DNA of 64,000 nt from Oceanispirochaeta sp. (GCA_963666275.2 CAXXOA010000001.1:2208001-2272000), one strand, 5' to 3'; numbered from the stretch's first letter, positions 38,351-49,202 are shown. Notes: generated by a model from the sequence alone, not told the origin. Translations and numbers: made by a program.

Positions 38351-39025
38351 TCATAAAGATTCTTCCATCTGCGTTTCCAGGCTATTCAGACCCTTTTCAA
38401 GGGGATGCCCCGGAGAGATTAGAGCCCGGCATTTTCCCAGAATTTCCCGGGACTTCTCGGGATACCCGTAAAAGCTGTAGATTTCAGCCAGTTCCAGATA
38501 GATCTCATACCGGGTTTCCATAAGCAGACTGGCCTGTTCCAGATATACCAGAGCCTCTTCAAGATCTCCCTCCTCCCGCAGGGAGAGAGCTTTCAGGTAG
38601 TGGAGCTCCGGATCCCTGCCGGAACGGGCGAGCCCCCTGTCCAGAAGGGAATCCGCCTCCCGGGATCTTCCCGTATTCAAATAGATTCTGCTCAGGTATT
38701 TGATGCAGTCTATATCCTCCTCACTCCGGGAAGCCAGTTTTTCCCAGACCTTTGCCGCCTTATCCCGGTTCCCGGAAAAATAGAGTGTCCGGGCATAGAG
38801 TTTTTCCGCATCCCCATCAAAAGTCCTCCCTCCGCATAGTTCTTCCAGAATGATCAGGGCGGTCTCCCTGTCCCCCTGATTGTAGAGAACCGCCGCTTTT
38901 TTCAGCTGTTCCTCCCTGACAGCCTGTCTGTGTTCTCTTCTGCCGCTGCATCCCGTAAACACAAGGACCGCCAAAACGATTAGCACCAGGAAGTTCTCTG
39001 TTTTTACTGTTGTTCTTCTACTCAT
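38351..39025 (-). CDS. TPR-repeat lipoprotein
   Basis: Lipobox FTGC; helical TPR-like repeats; divergent from the giant gene. Confidence 0.8.
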   Translation of the reverse strand: MSRRTTVKTENFLVLIVLAVLVFTGCSGRREHRQAVREEQLKKAAVLYNQGDRETALIILEELCGGRTFDGDAEKLYARTLYFSGNRDKAAKVWEKLASRSEEDIDCIKYLSRIYLNTGRSREADSLLDRGLARSGRDPELHYLKALSLREEGDLEEALVYLEQASLLMETRYEIYLELAEIYSFYGYPEKSREILGKCRALISPGHPLEKGLNSLETQMEESL

Positions 39026-39053
39026 ACAGGGGCTTACGGATTTTTTTTCCTCT

Positions 39054-39086
39054 GTGATTCAATTTTTTCCTCTTTTTTTGAATCAC
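39054..39086. promoter_or_regulatory. Inverted repeat in the divergent promoter (candidate operator)
   Basis: GTGATTCAA-N15-TTGAATCAC. Confidence 0.45.
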
Positions 39087-39141
39087 CCTTTATTTTTCTC
39101 CTGTAGTACAGGGTAGATCCCCCCTATAGGAAGGTTATGTT

Positions 39142-42100
39142 ATGAGAAACAGGTTTATCTCTTTACTCCTTGTACTGTCTTTTCTGCCTCTGCCTGTCAG
39201 TCCGGAACAGGGAGCCCCTTCTCTGTCTCTACCGGAGGAATCATCATGGACAGTCTATGACATCCATCGATCCCTTTCGGAAAGTCTCTCCCATTCGGAT
39301 CTGAATCTCCTATTAACAGGAATGGACCAGCTTGAAAGGGAATTCCTCTACAGGACGGAAGGGGGAAACCTCCTTTTTGACAGTAAAAATGATCCCCTTC
39401 TGAGGAGCAGTGATCCCGCTGAGATAGAACAGGACAGAACCCTTTATGAAAACCGGGCCCGTGCCATTCAGGAGACCCTGCTTTCCCAATGGGAGGAAAA
39501 GGCCCAGAAAGCAAGAACTGTTCTTATGACACCCCTGTCTCAGGGGCAGACAGCACTATCGGAGACAGTGGAGAGGGAGCTGGATCTCTTCCGGCAGAGG
39601 ATATGGGAAGAGACAGACAAGATGATCTGCTACAGGCTGGACCGATTCAACTACTTCAGAAAAAAGGATAATTTCTCACTGCGCAGAAAAAGCGAAGACC
39701 AGACTGCACTCATGGCAGCCGCAGAGCTGACAGAAAGGGTGAATGATGAAACCCGGGAGATCCTGCAGATACTGGAAAAACCATTAGACAGGGAAAGCGG
39801 TGCTGCAGTCAGCCAGGCGTCCTTTTCTCCTGATTCCTGGGAAGAGAGCTTTGACAGGGAGTTCCGGAAGGGCCTTGAAAAATGGCAGAAAGCGGAAGAG
39901 GAAATCCTTTCCGGCCGTATAGACTGGGAACTGGAGCTTTCTGAAAAGTACAGAGAAACCGAAGCCGCCTGGGACAGGTCAATGCAGATTTTCTCAGATA
40001 CAAGGAAAGCCTGGATAGAGGAGATGAAGGATCTCTACAGAACGGGCCTGAACGCATGGGATCTGCAGCAGGAAGAGTATCAGGAAAAGTTTGAAACCAT
40101 GGCCAGGCAGATGGAGGAGGACTCTATCCGTCAGGAGGAGATATTCCTTTCCCGCGTAACAGAGTCTCTGGATATCTACAGGGAGAGTCTGCAGTACAGG
40201 GATTCGGCAGAGAAAAATATTCAGTATTACCAGAGTAAAATCCGGGAATTGGAGGATCTGAAAGCCAATAGCCGGAACAGAATAGACAGCATTGAAACCG
40301 GTATGGCCGCTGCCATGTTTGCCATGAGATTGAATGAGGGCAAACTTCAGAATTCTCAGGTGGAACTTCAGGATCTGCAGAACACTCTGGAATTGCTTCA
40401 GAATGAACGGCAGGAGATCGGGGATGATCTTGATGCTGTGAATGGACGGATTGAAGATTCTGAAGATCTTGAAGAAGAGCTTCAGGACCTGCTTGAAAAA
40501 CAGCAGAATCTGAGGGAAAGGCTGATTGAAGTGAATGAGCAGATTGAGGACACAGAAAATGGAATAGTGACTCTGGAATCAGATATACTTAGAGAACAGA
40601 GGATCCTCGACTCCTACTACACTTCTTATGCCCCCCAGCTGAATGCCATAGCCCTGGAAAGGGGGTATATCATCAGCTATGACATAAAACGTTCTGATTT
40701 TCTGAAGGAAAAAGAGACATGGGAATCCCTGAGCAAAGAGTTTTCCGGGCAGATGAAAAGGGCCGAAGAGGACCTGATCTCTCTTCAGGCGGAAGCCGGC
40801 GCTTATGACACATCGGTCCCCTCTTCCTCCCTGGAACAGGAGATTGCCAGAATGGAACTGGTCACGGAATACCTTTTCCATCAGCTTGCCGTATCAGAAG
40901 CTGTGATGGAATACGCCTCACAGGACACATCTCTCCGACCCCGGGATTCTCAGACACAGGAGGATTACGATGAGGCTCTTTCCAGCCTGGAAGAAGGGGA
41001 AAGGGAATACCTCAGCTTCCAGTCCCGTCTGGACTCGCTCAGAGAGGACCTGACAGGGCTGCAGGAACAGATCCTGGCAAAGGAAAAGGCTCTTCAGGAA
41101 ACCCTGGAGGCTCAGACAGAAGCGGGAAAAGCCTATGAAATGTCCCAGGAGATCTACAGGAACAGTGACATATCCCTTCTGCAGGCCGGAATCAGCAGCC
41201 TACAGGATCAGCTGGATGCCTGGTTCCAGGGAAAAGACTCGGCCCCCCCGGAACGTCAGACACTCTATACAGAATATATCCATGCCGGACAGGCCGACTG
41301 GGTCAGGGAAAAAGAGGAAGCTGCCAGGACTCTGCTGCGGGATCTGACAGGAGAGGAAACTCTCATGGAGAGCGATAACATTACCAATACAGAGGATCTG
41401 TCCCTTCTTATCGCCAATCTTGAAAATCTTGATCCCCGAAGAACTGCATCAGCAGAAGAGTGGGAAAACCAGCTGATTTCCTGCGGTTTTGAACAGGGAG
41501 ACTACGAGTATGAAATCCTTCAGAATCAATTCGGCACAACCCCTTTTCATAGACTCTCTCTGGATAAAGCCCTCCGGGATCTTATCAGGGAACAGAAACA
41601 GAAGTACTGGAATAATGCCCTCCTGGAGGAGAGGCTCCGTCAGGAAGATGACCCATCCCGGAACCTTCAGGAGGATCTGGATAGGGCTCTAAACAGCCTT
41701 TTACTAGAAAAAACAGAGCTTATGATTCTGATCGGAGGCTATCTGAAAGACGGCGGAGAAGTCCTTGCTCCCTACAGGGAGTATATATCTTTTCTGAAAG
41801 ATCAGGGATTCCGGCTGGAACAGGACTCTCTGGATGGCCTGATTCAATTGAGAGAGCTGCTGAACAGACAGCTGGCAGGAGAAATCGGAAAAGAAGAGCT
41901 TTTAACCCTGGTATCAGAACAGGGCGGCCCGGCACTCTGGCTGAGTTATCTAAACGGAGACAACAGCGATATGCCCCCGGAACTTTCCTTCCTGGATATC
42001 TTTCCGGAGGCATCCTATGATGAGGTTCTCCGTGCCCGGGGCGCTCTCTTTGCAGGTGAGTGTATACAGCAGTTCAACACGGGGGCAGAGGTCCTTTTCA

Positions 42101-45100
42101 ATTCATCGGGAATTGATATGGAAACGCTTCTTGAGAGTCTTGAAACCCCGGAAGATCTCAGGCAGTTTTATTCAGATTTTATGAGAGACCCGGAAATTCC
42201 CCCCTCTCTATTATCTCTGGTGGAAAAATACCTGCATTCCCGTTTTGCCGGCCAGTGGGAGGCACTGCTAGCAGACTGGAGTGGTACGGAGGAAAGATGC
42301 GAAAATCTGGAAGACCTGATGGAAGGGATGGAAAGTAACCAGAGTGACGACGAAAAGCTGACTCTTCTGGAAAATAACGGATTCAGCGACGAGGTAGCGG
42401 AACTCCGCAGATACAGGCTTCTCGAGTCATGGCAGACCTTCCTCAAGAACCCGGACAGTCCTGATTTGCCTGAGGGGGAAATGTGGTTGCTGTTCCGGAA
42501 CAGTCATGAAACCGGTGAGATCGATTATGAAACCCTCACTTCTCTGGAAGTTTCCCTGGAAAACCTACCGCCACTCATACCCTATACTTCCTATGGGGGC
42601 AAATCGCTTTTTGAACATATAGAATCTCATTACGGGGACCTTGGATTCACCGGCAGGATCCGTATGATTGAGGAACTCAAGGGATTTCAGTCCGGTACAG
42701 ACGGGGTCCTCTGGTATCTGGAGCAGCAGCTCCACTCACGTTATACAGAGGCCCTGGAGAACAGGGAGTATGCGGCCTTTCTGGAACGAGTCAAATCCAT
42801 AAGAAGAGAGAGCGGCAGTGATGCCCATGAAGAGCTCTTTATGAAAGAACGGATTGGCCAGGCAGGGGATCTTTTACGAGGGGAAACCTCCCTGATTGCT
42901 CAGGAAGACTCTTTCGAAACTCTGGCGGACAGGCTCATATCCATGACAGGTTTAATGGAAAGCCGGGAAAAAGAGAGGAATCAGCTCCAGAGGGAAAAGG
43001 ATATTTTTGCCGAATCTCTCTCCCTGTATAAACAACTTATTATAGACCAGAATTTTGAGGACTTTACTAAAGCCAAATCACTCTATGGGCAGACAAAAAG
43101 TGAAATGGAAACGTTGAGAACCACCTATGGTGAATTACTGGGAGAATATCAGACAGCCCGGAACGCTGTGGAAAGCTCTTACACCCGGTACAAAAAGTTG
43201 AAACTGGACCTTCAGAAGGCCGAAGAAATTCTGGATTATGCGGGGTGCGCCTATGAATCAGTCTCCTACAGTATTGATACTCTCCGGGATCAGAGACAAC
43301 AGGCCTATGATGATTCCCTGAAGGCTCTGGAGATTCTCAAAAGCATTCAGCTGGAGGGAAAAACAGAGATAGAAGCGGATGCCCAGTGGGCTCAGGCCCT
43401 GGAGGAGTACCGGCAGAGGCTGTCTGCTTTGAATCAGATTGGATCTGCCAGGGAAAATCTTGACGAACAAATGGATTCTCTCACAGCAGCCAGGGAAAGG
43501 GCCTTTTCTCAGATGGGAGACACTCTGAAAAAGGTCTTTAATCAATACGGACAGGATTCTCTTATTATGCTCCGGGGAGAAATCCCGACACAGCCCATGT
43601 CGGACTGCACAGTGTTTTCCAATGGCAATCTGGGCTCCTATTTCGACGCAGAGAATATTCAGGAGATCTTTACCGGTGATGCCTGCCGCTGGCTGGAGAG
43701 TATAAAAAACCTGAACTCCCAGGAGGTACTGAAACTTTTCACATTCGCCTACTATCATGAGTTCGGAGGCAGGGTAAACCTTTTTTCCAACTCCCAGCAT
43801 AAGAATCTTCTGGATACAAAAGGCGATTTCTTCAGAAAAGCCTGTATCGGCTATGAGGGTGATATGAACACATATCGGAGCGGCGGGTATTCATCCCGGG
43901 AGGTGACAAGAAAAATCCATCGGCCTGACGGAAGCATTAAAAAAGTATTCATTAAGCCCGAAGTCTGGTTAAAAGAACATACAGGGTCCTATTACAACCG
44001 TGTGGTCAATGATAAAAGCCTGGTCAATCTCTACAGCTTTTTTAAAATTGTCATGCAGAAGGGATTTTTTCTGGCTGAAATGGAAGACAGTATGGCCATG
44101 GAACTTTCAGATCTGGCATGGGATTACCTGAACGATGTGGCCAAGGACGAACAGGAAGATGAAAAAAATATTTTCGGTAAACTGAACAGTCTGGGCAGGG
44201 ACATCAGGGAGAAAAGGCATGCCATCAAAAAGATAAAGAACAATGGCGGTTTTGACGGAACCGCCAAAAGACAGACTCTGCTTGATATGGGAGCAGAGAT
44301 TTCTAATCATACAAGCCTGATCCTGGGTTTTGACAGTCAAATGAAATCCCTTATGAACAGCGGTTCTGTTACAACCGCAACTCTTCTGAGAGATATAGCC
44401 CAGATCAGCGGATCCCCTCTGAAGGAGAGTTCCAGAGAATTGCTGAAACAAATTTTTCAGGAGACCGGAGATTCCTATGAAACCAACAGACAGGCTCTGC
44501 AGAAGCTCTATGGGGATCTTGAAAAAATCTGCAGCATCAGCCGGAATGCTGTTGCTGCAAGAGAGAATGAACTGTCTTCGGAAAGAACAATTCTTCTGGA
44601 GCAGATGCGGGTCTTTTCCCGGAAGGGGGATCTGGAAAAATATAAGGACCTGGCATTGAACCTTTTCGAATCCCCCTCCTATCTGGAGGGAGAGAGTCAG
44701 ATACAAAGGGGTGATCTTCTTCTTGAGACCCCTTCCTTCAGTCCAAGGGGTTTCCTGAATAATCTGAATGCCTATGGGGCCTCTCTGTCCTCGCTCTACA
44801 GAAAACGGCTTGAAATGATCAAACAGAAAACCTATCGCCAGTTGGAACTGGATGTTGAGGAGTTTCAGCAGAGAAGGAAAATCTGGCAGCAGCGCTTTCA
44901 GGAACAGATGGATGACGGCATGGCCCAATGGAAGCTCTCGACTGAGCGGATGATAGGACAGAGAGAAAAATGGCGTGAACAGTTTCTCAGGGAGTACAGA
45001 TCCAAAGACAGTCTCTGGACCATCCGGATGGAGAACTTTTACAGAAACAGAGAATCCTGGATTTATGAAACAACTCTCAATGCCTGTGAGGCCGGAGCGG

Positions 45101-48100
45101 ACTTTATGCAGGAGGAGTACGGCCTGAAGGCAGATCAGCTGATCAATCAGTCCCGGTATTTTCTGATTCCCTCCGTTGGAAATGCCCTTCCGGATGTATC
45201 GGAAATTCTCAATGATGCCATGGAAGGCATCAAAGTGGATCAGATACTCGCTTCCTTTTCCAGCCGAAACGGCAGGATCAGCAGCGGCGGCGCCCTCATC
45301 ACACCTCCTGTCTCTGTTTTTCAGCCCCGTCCCATAGACGCCAGACCTCTTCTGGAAGAACAGAGGGATCTGAAAGAAAAGTTCCGGAAATCCCTTGTCA
45401 TAACTCTGGCCTATCAGATGACGGATGCGCTGAAAGAGACAGAAACATCAGTTCAGGACTCCATAGAAGATGCCAACAGATCCACGGATAACTCAGTGGA
45501 AGACACCCTTGTGAGCAGCGGATATTACAGGAGGGGAAATACATTTTCCCGGCAGATCATTATCGATAAAAGTGTTCTGGGGGGAAATGAAACGGAAACC
45601 CAGAGAATTGAGGCGTTCAGAGACTTTCAGGCCCCCTCCTTTGATCATGGAGTGGAACTCTCGGTAAACAGCCTCAAACATCTGAGCAGTACCCTTATCC
45701 AGGCCCGTGTGGAAAAAGCACAGACCAATATGCAGCACTATCTGGATCTGATATTCGGCAGGGAAAAGGACAGAGAAGGTAATGAACTTGATATCCGTAC
45801 GGGACTGGACGAAGGATTTCTCTCCTATCTGGAAAATCAGGAGACGGCCTTCAGGAGTTCCGCCCAGTATAACGGGGGATTTACAGATGAGAACGGCAAA
45901 TGGCAGACCGAAGGAAAACATACCGAAACAGCAGGGCTCTTCTATTTCCATGTAGGCTATGCTCCCGAAATGAAAGAGAAAAAGCCCGAAGAAGTAAAAT
46001 CCGAAGGTTACGGAGAGATGGGACGCATCTTCAGAGCCTTTAAAATTCACCAGGCCCGTATGTACAGGGGATTCTCTGTGATGGATATGCCCCGGTACAA
46101 CCAGAAACTCTGGGATGATGATGCGGACAATGACGGAAGTTCTGACTCTCTTGTGGGGGCTCCCTCCATGCGAAGCCTAACTGATATTGCCATGAATATA
46201 GCCGTATCTGCCGTCCTGGGTCCGGGAGTGGGAAATCTTGTACTCACCGCCGCCCTGAACCTGGTGGATGATGCCCTTTTCACAGCCCTGGATGTGCAGA
46301 ACGGCCAGCAGAAATCCGGAAAAGCCTGGGGAGACTTCCGCCGGAAAACCGCCATGACAGCCGTTACAACAGCCTCCGGGGCCGTTTTTCAAAAACTGGA
46401 CGGCCTCACTATGATGTCAGAGGCTTCCGGCAGTATGACAGCTGAAGTGATCACTGATACAGCTATTGCCGGGACTCAAACGGCTGTAAATTCAACAGCC
46501 CTGGCAGCGATTGGTAATATTGAGGACTGGAAAAGCTTTGATACGGAGAGTTTTCAGAAGCAGGCATCACTTGAAAATAACCGGGAAGCCTATTTGAACG
46601 GAATGAGCGGCGCGGCTGTCTCCTCTTTGATCGATACCGGAGCTTTCGGATACATAAAAAGTATGAAGACCAACGCAGATAAACTGAGTCAGCTGGCGGG
46701 AGGGCTGACCTCCTCCGGGATGGAATATGCTCTGACAGGAGAGACAAAACTCAATATTGTAAATCTGAGCATGCTCGGTCTGCAGGGAAAAAGCGGTTTA
46801 GTCTCTTCCGGCCTCCTTGAACTGAATCTGGGCGGCAGCGGTTCCCTGCTCTCTATCGGCAACGGCGGGACAGACATCAGTGCGGGAACCATCGGTTCAG
46901 CTCTCAGGGGACTGGAAATCTATCAACATAACCGGGAAATACGGGAATCCGACATGGATACAAGAATGTCTCTAGCCATGAGAACACTGGTTTCATCAGA
47001 AATGGAACAGACGGAACAGCAGTACCGGGACATCCTCAATCATAAAATTGCGTTTACTTCTGTTCAGGAATCGGGTTATGATGGAAAAACCACCATGAAT
47101 GAAGACGGCAAAAAGTCCATAGAATTAAACAGCTCAGACTTAACCAGTTTTGACCTGGCAGTCCTGCTGGCCCATGAATCCTTCCGGGACGGTGTTATCA
47201 GTGACAAAGACTCACAGAACAGAGAAACCCAGGATGCCGTCCGCTCCCATATGGATGTGTCTTCCGCCATTCAGGATACCTACGGATCATCCTATCTGAG
47301 CATTGATAATAACAAGGAAGCCCGCATCTATAAAATGTACCAGAACGGCATGATTTCCAAAGAAGATTTAGGAAACTATGCACTGAAGAATTATGATTCC
47401 TCGGCGGATTATTGGAAGTTTACATCTGACGGCAACATTATTTTTGATGGAAAAAAGAATCTCTATGATGAAAATGGAAAACTTCTTGATGAATATGAAG
47501 GGAACGGAGGTTTCACGGACTCCCTTGCTGCAATGCTTGGTATTTCAAAGAAAGCTGCCAATCAAATGATGGTGAATGCGGGTTGGTCATGGGAGAATGG
47601 TACATTTAAAGCCAATGGCGTAGATGTTTTAAACAATGGAAATACAGCATTAAATACCTCAGATCAAATGAAAGCCCAGTATTTTGTCCAGAGAGATTAT
47701 GTTGATAAGTTATGGTCGACCTATGCAGGTGATATGAGAGCAATGGCAACTGCCATGCAGGAAGATCTTTTCATTGCAAGCAATGATGGAGATTTCAATT
47801 CCACTCAAAAACATATGCTCGATATGATCCCAGGATTACAATCCATGGGAAATCAATTGAAAGTAGCTCTATACGGAGATTCTAGTCATTCAGGAATGCT
47901 GGATCAGGATAGGTTTGATAATTACCACGACTCAAATGTCTCAGGTGCATTTCAGGAAATCAAAGATAATTGGAGTTATACAGATGATAATCCCATGTAT
48001 AGACTTATTGGAGATGGTAAACCCATAGATCCTATTGAAGGAGACGATTATATTACTGTTTGGTCTAGCTATGCAAATGGAAATGAACATGGTTGGAATG

Positions 48101-48444
48101 GTGGAGAAGCCGTTGATTTTGGTACTGATCGTAAAAATCATCCTCTTTTTACTACTCAGTTTGAAACTATACGTACTAATGATTTCAATTTAGGATGGGA
48201 TAAAGGTGATATAAATAAAGGTACTGGTTATACATTAAGATCTGACTCTGATTTATTTTATTTAAAATATGGACATATGCAAGCATCATCTTTTGCTTCA
48301 AGCCAATTGCAAAACTTGATAAATACTGCAAGCCAGTCAGAATTATGGCGTTTCATGTTGCCTCCTGGTTATCAGATAGGAAATATTGGAAATACAGGAC
48401 ATTCAACAGGCAAACATTTACATTGGGAATTCTATCCATATTGA
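39142..48444 (+). CDS. Giant (3100 aa) exported coiled-coil protein with a C-terminal M23-like peptidase domain; candidate polymorphic toxin
   Basis: Signal peptide, long acidic coiled coils, hydrophobic Gly/Ala-rich segment near aa 2350, terminal H...AVDF / YGHM / IG.IGNTGHSTGKHLHWE; AT-rich 3' end. Confidence 0.75.
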   Translation: MRNRFISLLLVLSFLPLPVSPEQGAPSLSLPEESSWTVYDIHRSLSESLSHSDLNLLLTGMDQLEREFLYRTEGGNLLFDSKNDPLLRSSDPAEIEQDRTLYENRARAIQETLLSQWEEKAQKARTVLMTPLSQGQTALSETVERELDLFRQRIWEETDKMICYRLDRFNYFRKKDNFSLRRKSEDQTALMAAAELTERVNDETREILQILEKPLDRESGAAVSQASFSPDSWEESFDREFRKGLEKWQKAEEEILSGRIDWELELSEKYRETEAAWDRSMQIFSDTRKAWIEEMKDLYRTGLNAWDLQQEEYQEKFETMARQMEEDSIRQEEIFLSRVTESLDIYRESLQYRDSAEKNIQYYQSKIRELEDLKANSRNRIDSIETGMAAAMFAMRLNEGKLQNSQVELQDLQNTLELLQNERQEIGDDLDAVNGRIEDSEDLEEELQDLLEKQQNLRERLIEVNEQIEDTENGIVTLESDILREQRILDSYYTSYAPQLNAIALERGYIISYDIKRSDFLKEKETWESLSKEFSGQMKRAEEDLISLQAEAGAYDTSVPSSSLEQEIARMELVTEYLFHQLAVSEAVMEYASQDTSLRPRDSQTQEDYDEALSSLEEGEREYLSFQSRLDSLREDLTGLQEQILAKEKALQETLEAQTEAGKAYEMSQEIYRNSDISLLQAGISSLQDQLDAWFQGKDSAPPERQTLYTEYIHAGQADWVREKEEAARTLLRDLTGEETLMESDNITNTEDLSLLIANLENLDPRRTASAEEWENQLISCGFEQGDYEYEILQNQFGTTPFHRLSLDKALRDLIREQKQKYWNNALLEERLRQEDDPSRNLQEDLDRALNSLLLEKTELMILIGGYLKDGGEVLAPYREYISFLKDQGFRLEQDSLDGLIQLRELLNRQLAGEIGKEELLTLVSEQGGPALWLSYLNGDNSDMPPELSFLDIFPEASYDEVLRARGALFAGECIQQFNTGAEVLFNSSGIDMETLLESLETPEDLRQFYSDFMRDPEIPPSLLSLVEKYLHSRFAGQWEALLADWSGTEERCENLEDLMEGMESNQSDDEKLTLLENNGFSDEVAELRRYRLLESWQTFLKNPDSPDLPEGEMWLLFRNSHETGEIDYETLTSLEVSLENLPPLIPYTSYGGKSLFEHIESHYGDLGFTGRIRMIEELKGFQSGTDGVLWYLEQQLHSRYTEALENREYAAFLERVKSIRRESGSDAHEELFMKERIGQAGDLLRGETSLIAQEDSFETLADRLISMTGLMESREKERNQLQREKDIFAESLSLYKQLIIDQNFEDFTKAKSLYGQTKSEMETLRTTYGELLGEYQTARNAVESSYTRYKKLKLDLQKAEEILDYAGCAYESVSYSIDTLRDQRQQAYDDSLKALEILKSIQLEGKTEIEADAQWAQALEEYRQRLSALNQIGSARENLDEQMDSLTAARERAFSQMGDTLKKVFNQYGQDSLIMLRGEIPTQPMSDCTVFSNGNLGSYFDAENIQEIFTGDACRWLESIKNLNSQEVLKLFTFAYYHEFGGRVNLFSNSQHKNLLDTKGDFFRKACIGYEGDMNTYRSGGYSSREVTRKIHRPDGSIKKVFIKPEVWLKEHTGSYYNRVVNDKSLVNLYSFFKIVMQKGFFLAEMEDSMAMELSDLAWDYLNDVAKDEQEDEKNIFGKLNSLGRDIREKRHAIKKIKNNGGFDGTAKRQTLLDMGAEISNHTSLILGFDSQMKSLMNSGSVTTATLLRDIAQISGSPLKESSRELLKQIFQETGDSYETNRQALQKLYGDLEKICSISRNAVAARENELSSERTILLEQMRVFSRKGDLEKYKDLALNLFESPSYLEGESQIQRGDLLLETPSFSPRGFLNNLNAYGASLSSLYRKRLEMIKQKTYRQLELDVEEFQQRRKIWQQRFQEQMDDGMAQWKLSTERMIGQREKWREQFLREYRSKDSLWTIRMENFYRNRESWIYETTLNACEAGADFMQEEYGLKADQLINQSRYFLIPSVGNALPDVSEILNDAMEGIKVDQILASFSSRNGRISSGGALITPPVSVFQPRPIDARPLLEEQRDLKEKFRKSLVITLAYQMTDALKETETSVQDSIEDANRSTDNSVEDTLVSSGYYRRGNTFSRQIIIDKSVLGGNETETQRIEAFRDFQAPSFDHGVELSVNSLKHLSSTLIQARVEKAQTNMQHYLDLIFGREKDREGNELDIRTGLDEGFLSYLENQETAFRSSAQYNGGFTDENGKWQTEGKHTETAGLFYFHVGYAPEMKEKKPEEVKSEGYGEMGRIFRAFKIHQARMYRGFSVMDMPRYNQKLWDDDADNDGSSDSLVGAPSMRSLTDIAMNIAVSAVLGPGVGNLVLTAALNLVDDALFTALDVQNGQQKSGKAWGDFRRKTAMTAVTTASGAVFQKLDGLTMMSEASGSMTAEVITDTAIAGTQTAVNSTALAAIGNIEDWKSFDTESFQKQASLENNREAYLNGMSGAAVSSLIDTGAFGYIKSMKTNADKLSQLAGGLTSSGMEYALTGETKLNIVNLSMLGLQGKSGLVSSGLLELNLGGSGSLLSIGNGGTDISAGTIGSALRGLEIYQHNREIRESDMDTRMSLAMRTLVSSEMEQTEQQYRDILNHKIAFTSVQESGYDGKTTMNEDGKKSIELNSSDLTSFDLAVLLAHESFRDGVISDKDSQNRETQDAVRSHMDVSSAIQDTYGSSYLSIDNNKEARIYKMYQNGMISKEDLGNYALKNYDSSADYWKFTSDGNIIFDGKKNLYDENGKLLDEYEGNGGFTDSLAAMLGISKKAANQMMVNAGWSWENGTFKANGVDVLNNGNTALNTSDQMKAQYFVQRDYVDKLWSTYAGDMRAMATAMQEDLFIASNDGDFNSTQKHMLDMIPGLQSMGNQLKVALYGDSSHSGMLDQDRFDNYHDSNVSGAFQEIKDNWSYTDDNPMYRLIGDGKPIDPIEGDDYITVWSSYANGNEHGWNGGEAVDFGTDRKNHPLFTTQFETIRTNDFNLGWDKGDINKGTGYTLRSDSDLFYLKYGHMQASSFASSQLQNLINTASQSELWRFMLPPGYQIGNIGNTGHSTGKHLHWEFYPY

Positions 48445-48460
48445 TTGAGGAGGGAAGAAT

Positions 48461-48994
48461 ATGAGATTAAAAAAAGTAATTATATACAGTCTCATAGTTA
48501 TATATCTAGTTTCATGTAATAAAGCAAAAGAGGACAAAAACATAGATACAAATGATAGTATTATGATTAAAACCAACACAATAAATACTTTAAATGAAGA
48601 AGCAGATATTTTGAGTTCTGACAAAACTGATATTTCGGATTTTACGAACTTTCAGGAGTTGTTTGAAAATCTTCCTATGCCAACAAGTTTGATTGCAAAA
48701 TTTGGAGAAAAGTCATATCTTGGAACATTTTATATTGGAAAAGATGGTATTGAAGAAGCTGTATTTGAAAGCAGTGGGTATGAAATTATCATAGATTCAG
48801 TGGATATAACAGAAAAGCTATTTACTGTAAATTTTTCATTATTAGATACAGGTAATGAGGTAAAAGAAGCAACTGGAGAAGTTTTCTCTTACACTTTAAG
48901 AGTTACTCTTAGTGATTTACTTAATGCCTATAAAAACTCAGAAAATAGATTAAGAATGGAAATACAAGGTAAAAAAGTTGGAGCGAAACCATAA
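48461..48994 (+). CDS. AT-rich lipoprotein; candidate immunity protein
   Basis: Lipobox LVSC; GAGGAGG RBS; 16 bp after the giant gene and as AT-rich as its tip. Confidence 0.7.
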   Translation: MRLKKVIIYSLIVIYLVSCNKAKEDKNIDTNDSIMIKTNTINTLNEEADILSSDKTDISDFTNFQELFENLPMPTSLIAKFGEKSYLGTFYIGKDGIEEAVFESSGYEIIIDSVDITEKLFTVNFSLLDTGNEVKEATGEVFSYTLRVTLSDLLNAYKNSENRLRMEIQGKKVGAKP

Positions 48995-49061
48995 CTATGA
49001 ATATCCTTTTGTTAGTTGATATTTTCAATTCCTATTACCGAGCAGAGCAAAACTCCATGTG

Positions 49062-49202
49062 GCCCCCAACCCCTAAAGGGTCGTCATTTGCAGGTTAATC
49101 TGAAACCTGATTAATCGACAGCAAAAAATAGAGGCTAAAAATAATAATCCTATACTGATGAAGTGCCTCCCCTTTAGGAGCCGGGGGCCTTCAACAGAGC
49201 AG
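49062..49202. mobile_element. ~140-bp MITE/REP-like element, copy 1
   Basis: Imperfect inverted ends GCCCCCAACCCCTAAAGGG / CCCTTTAGGAGCCGGGGGC; direct repeat of 49455-49594. Confidence 0.65.

Noticed and set aside
39142..48444. Giant protein as CIS tape measure or SMC protein
   Set aside because: It has a signal peptide, no Walker motifs, and lies over 20 kb from the CIS genes.
49155..49161. Hammerhead core CTGATGA in the 140-bp repeat
   Set aside because: Absent from the second copy, and I could not build the three stems.
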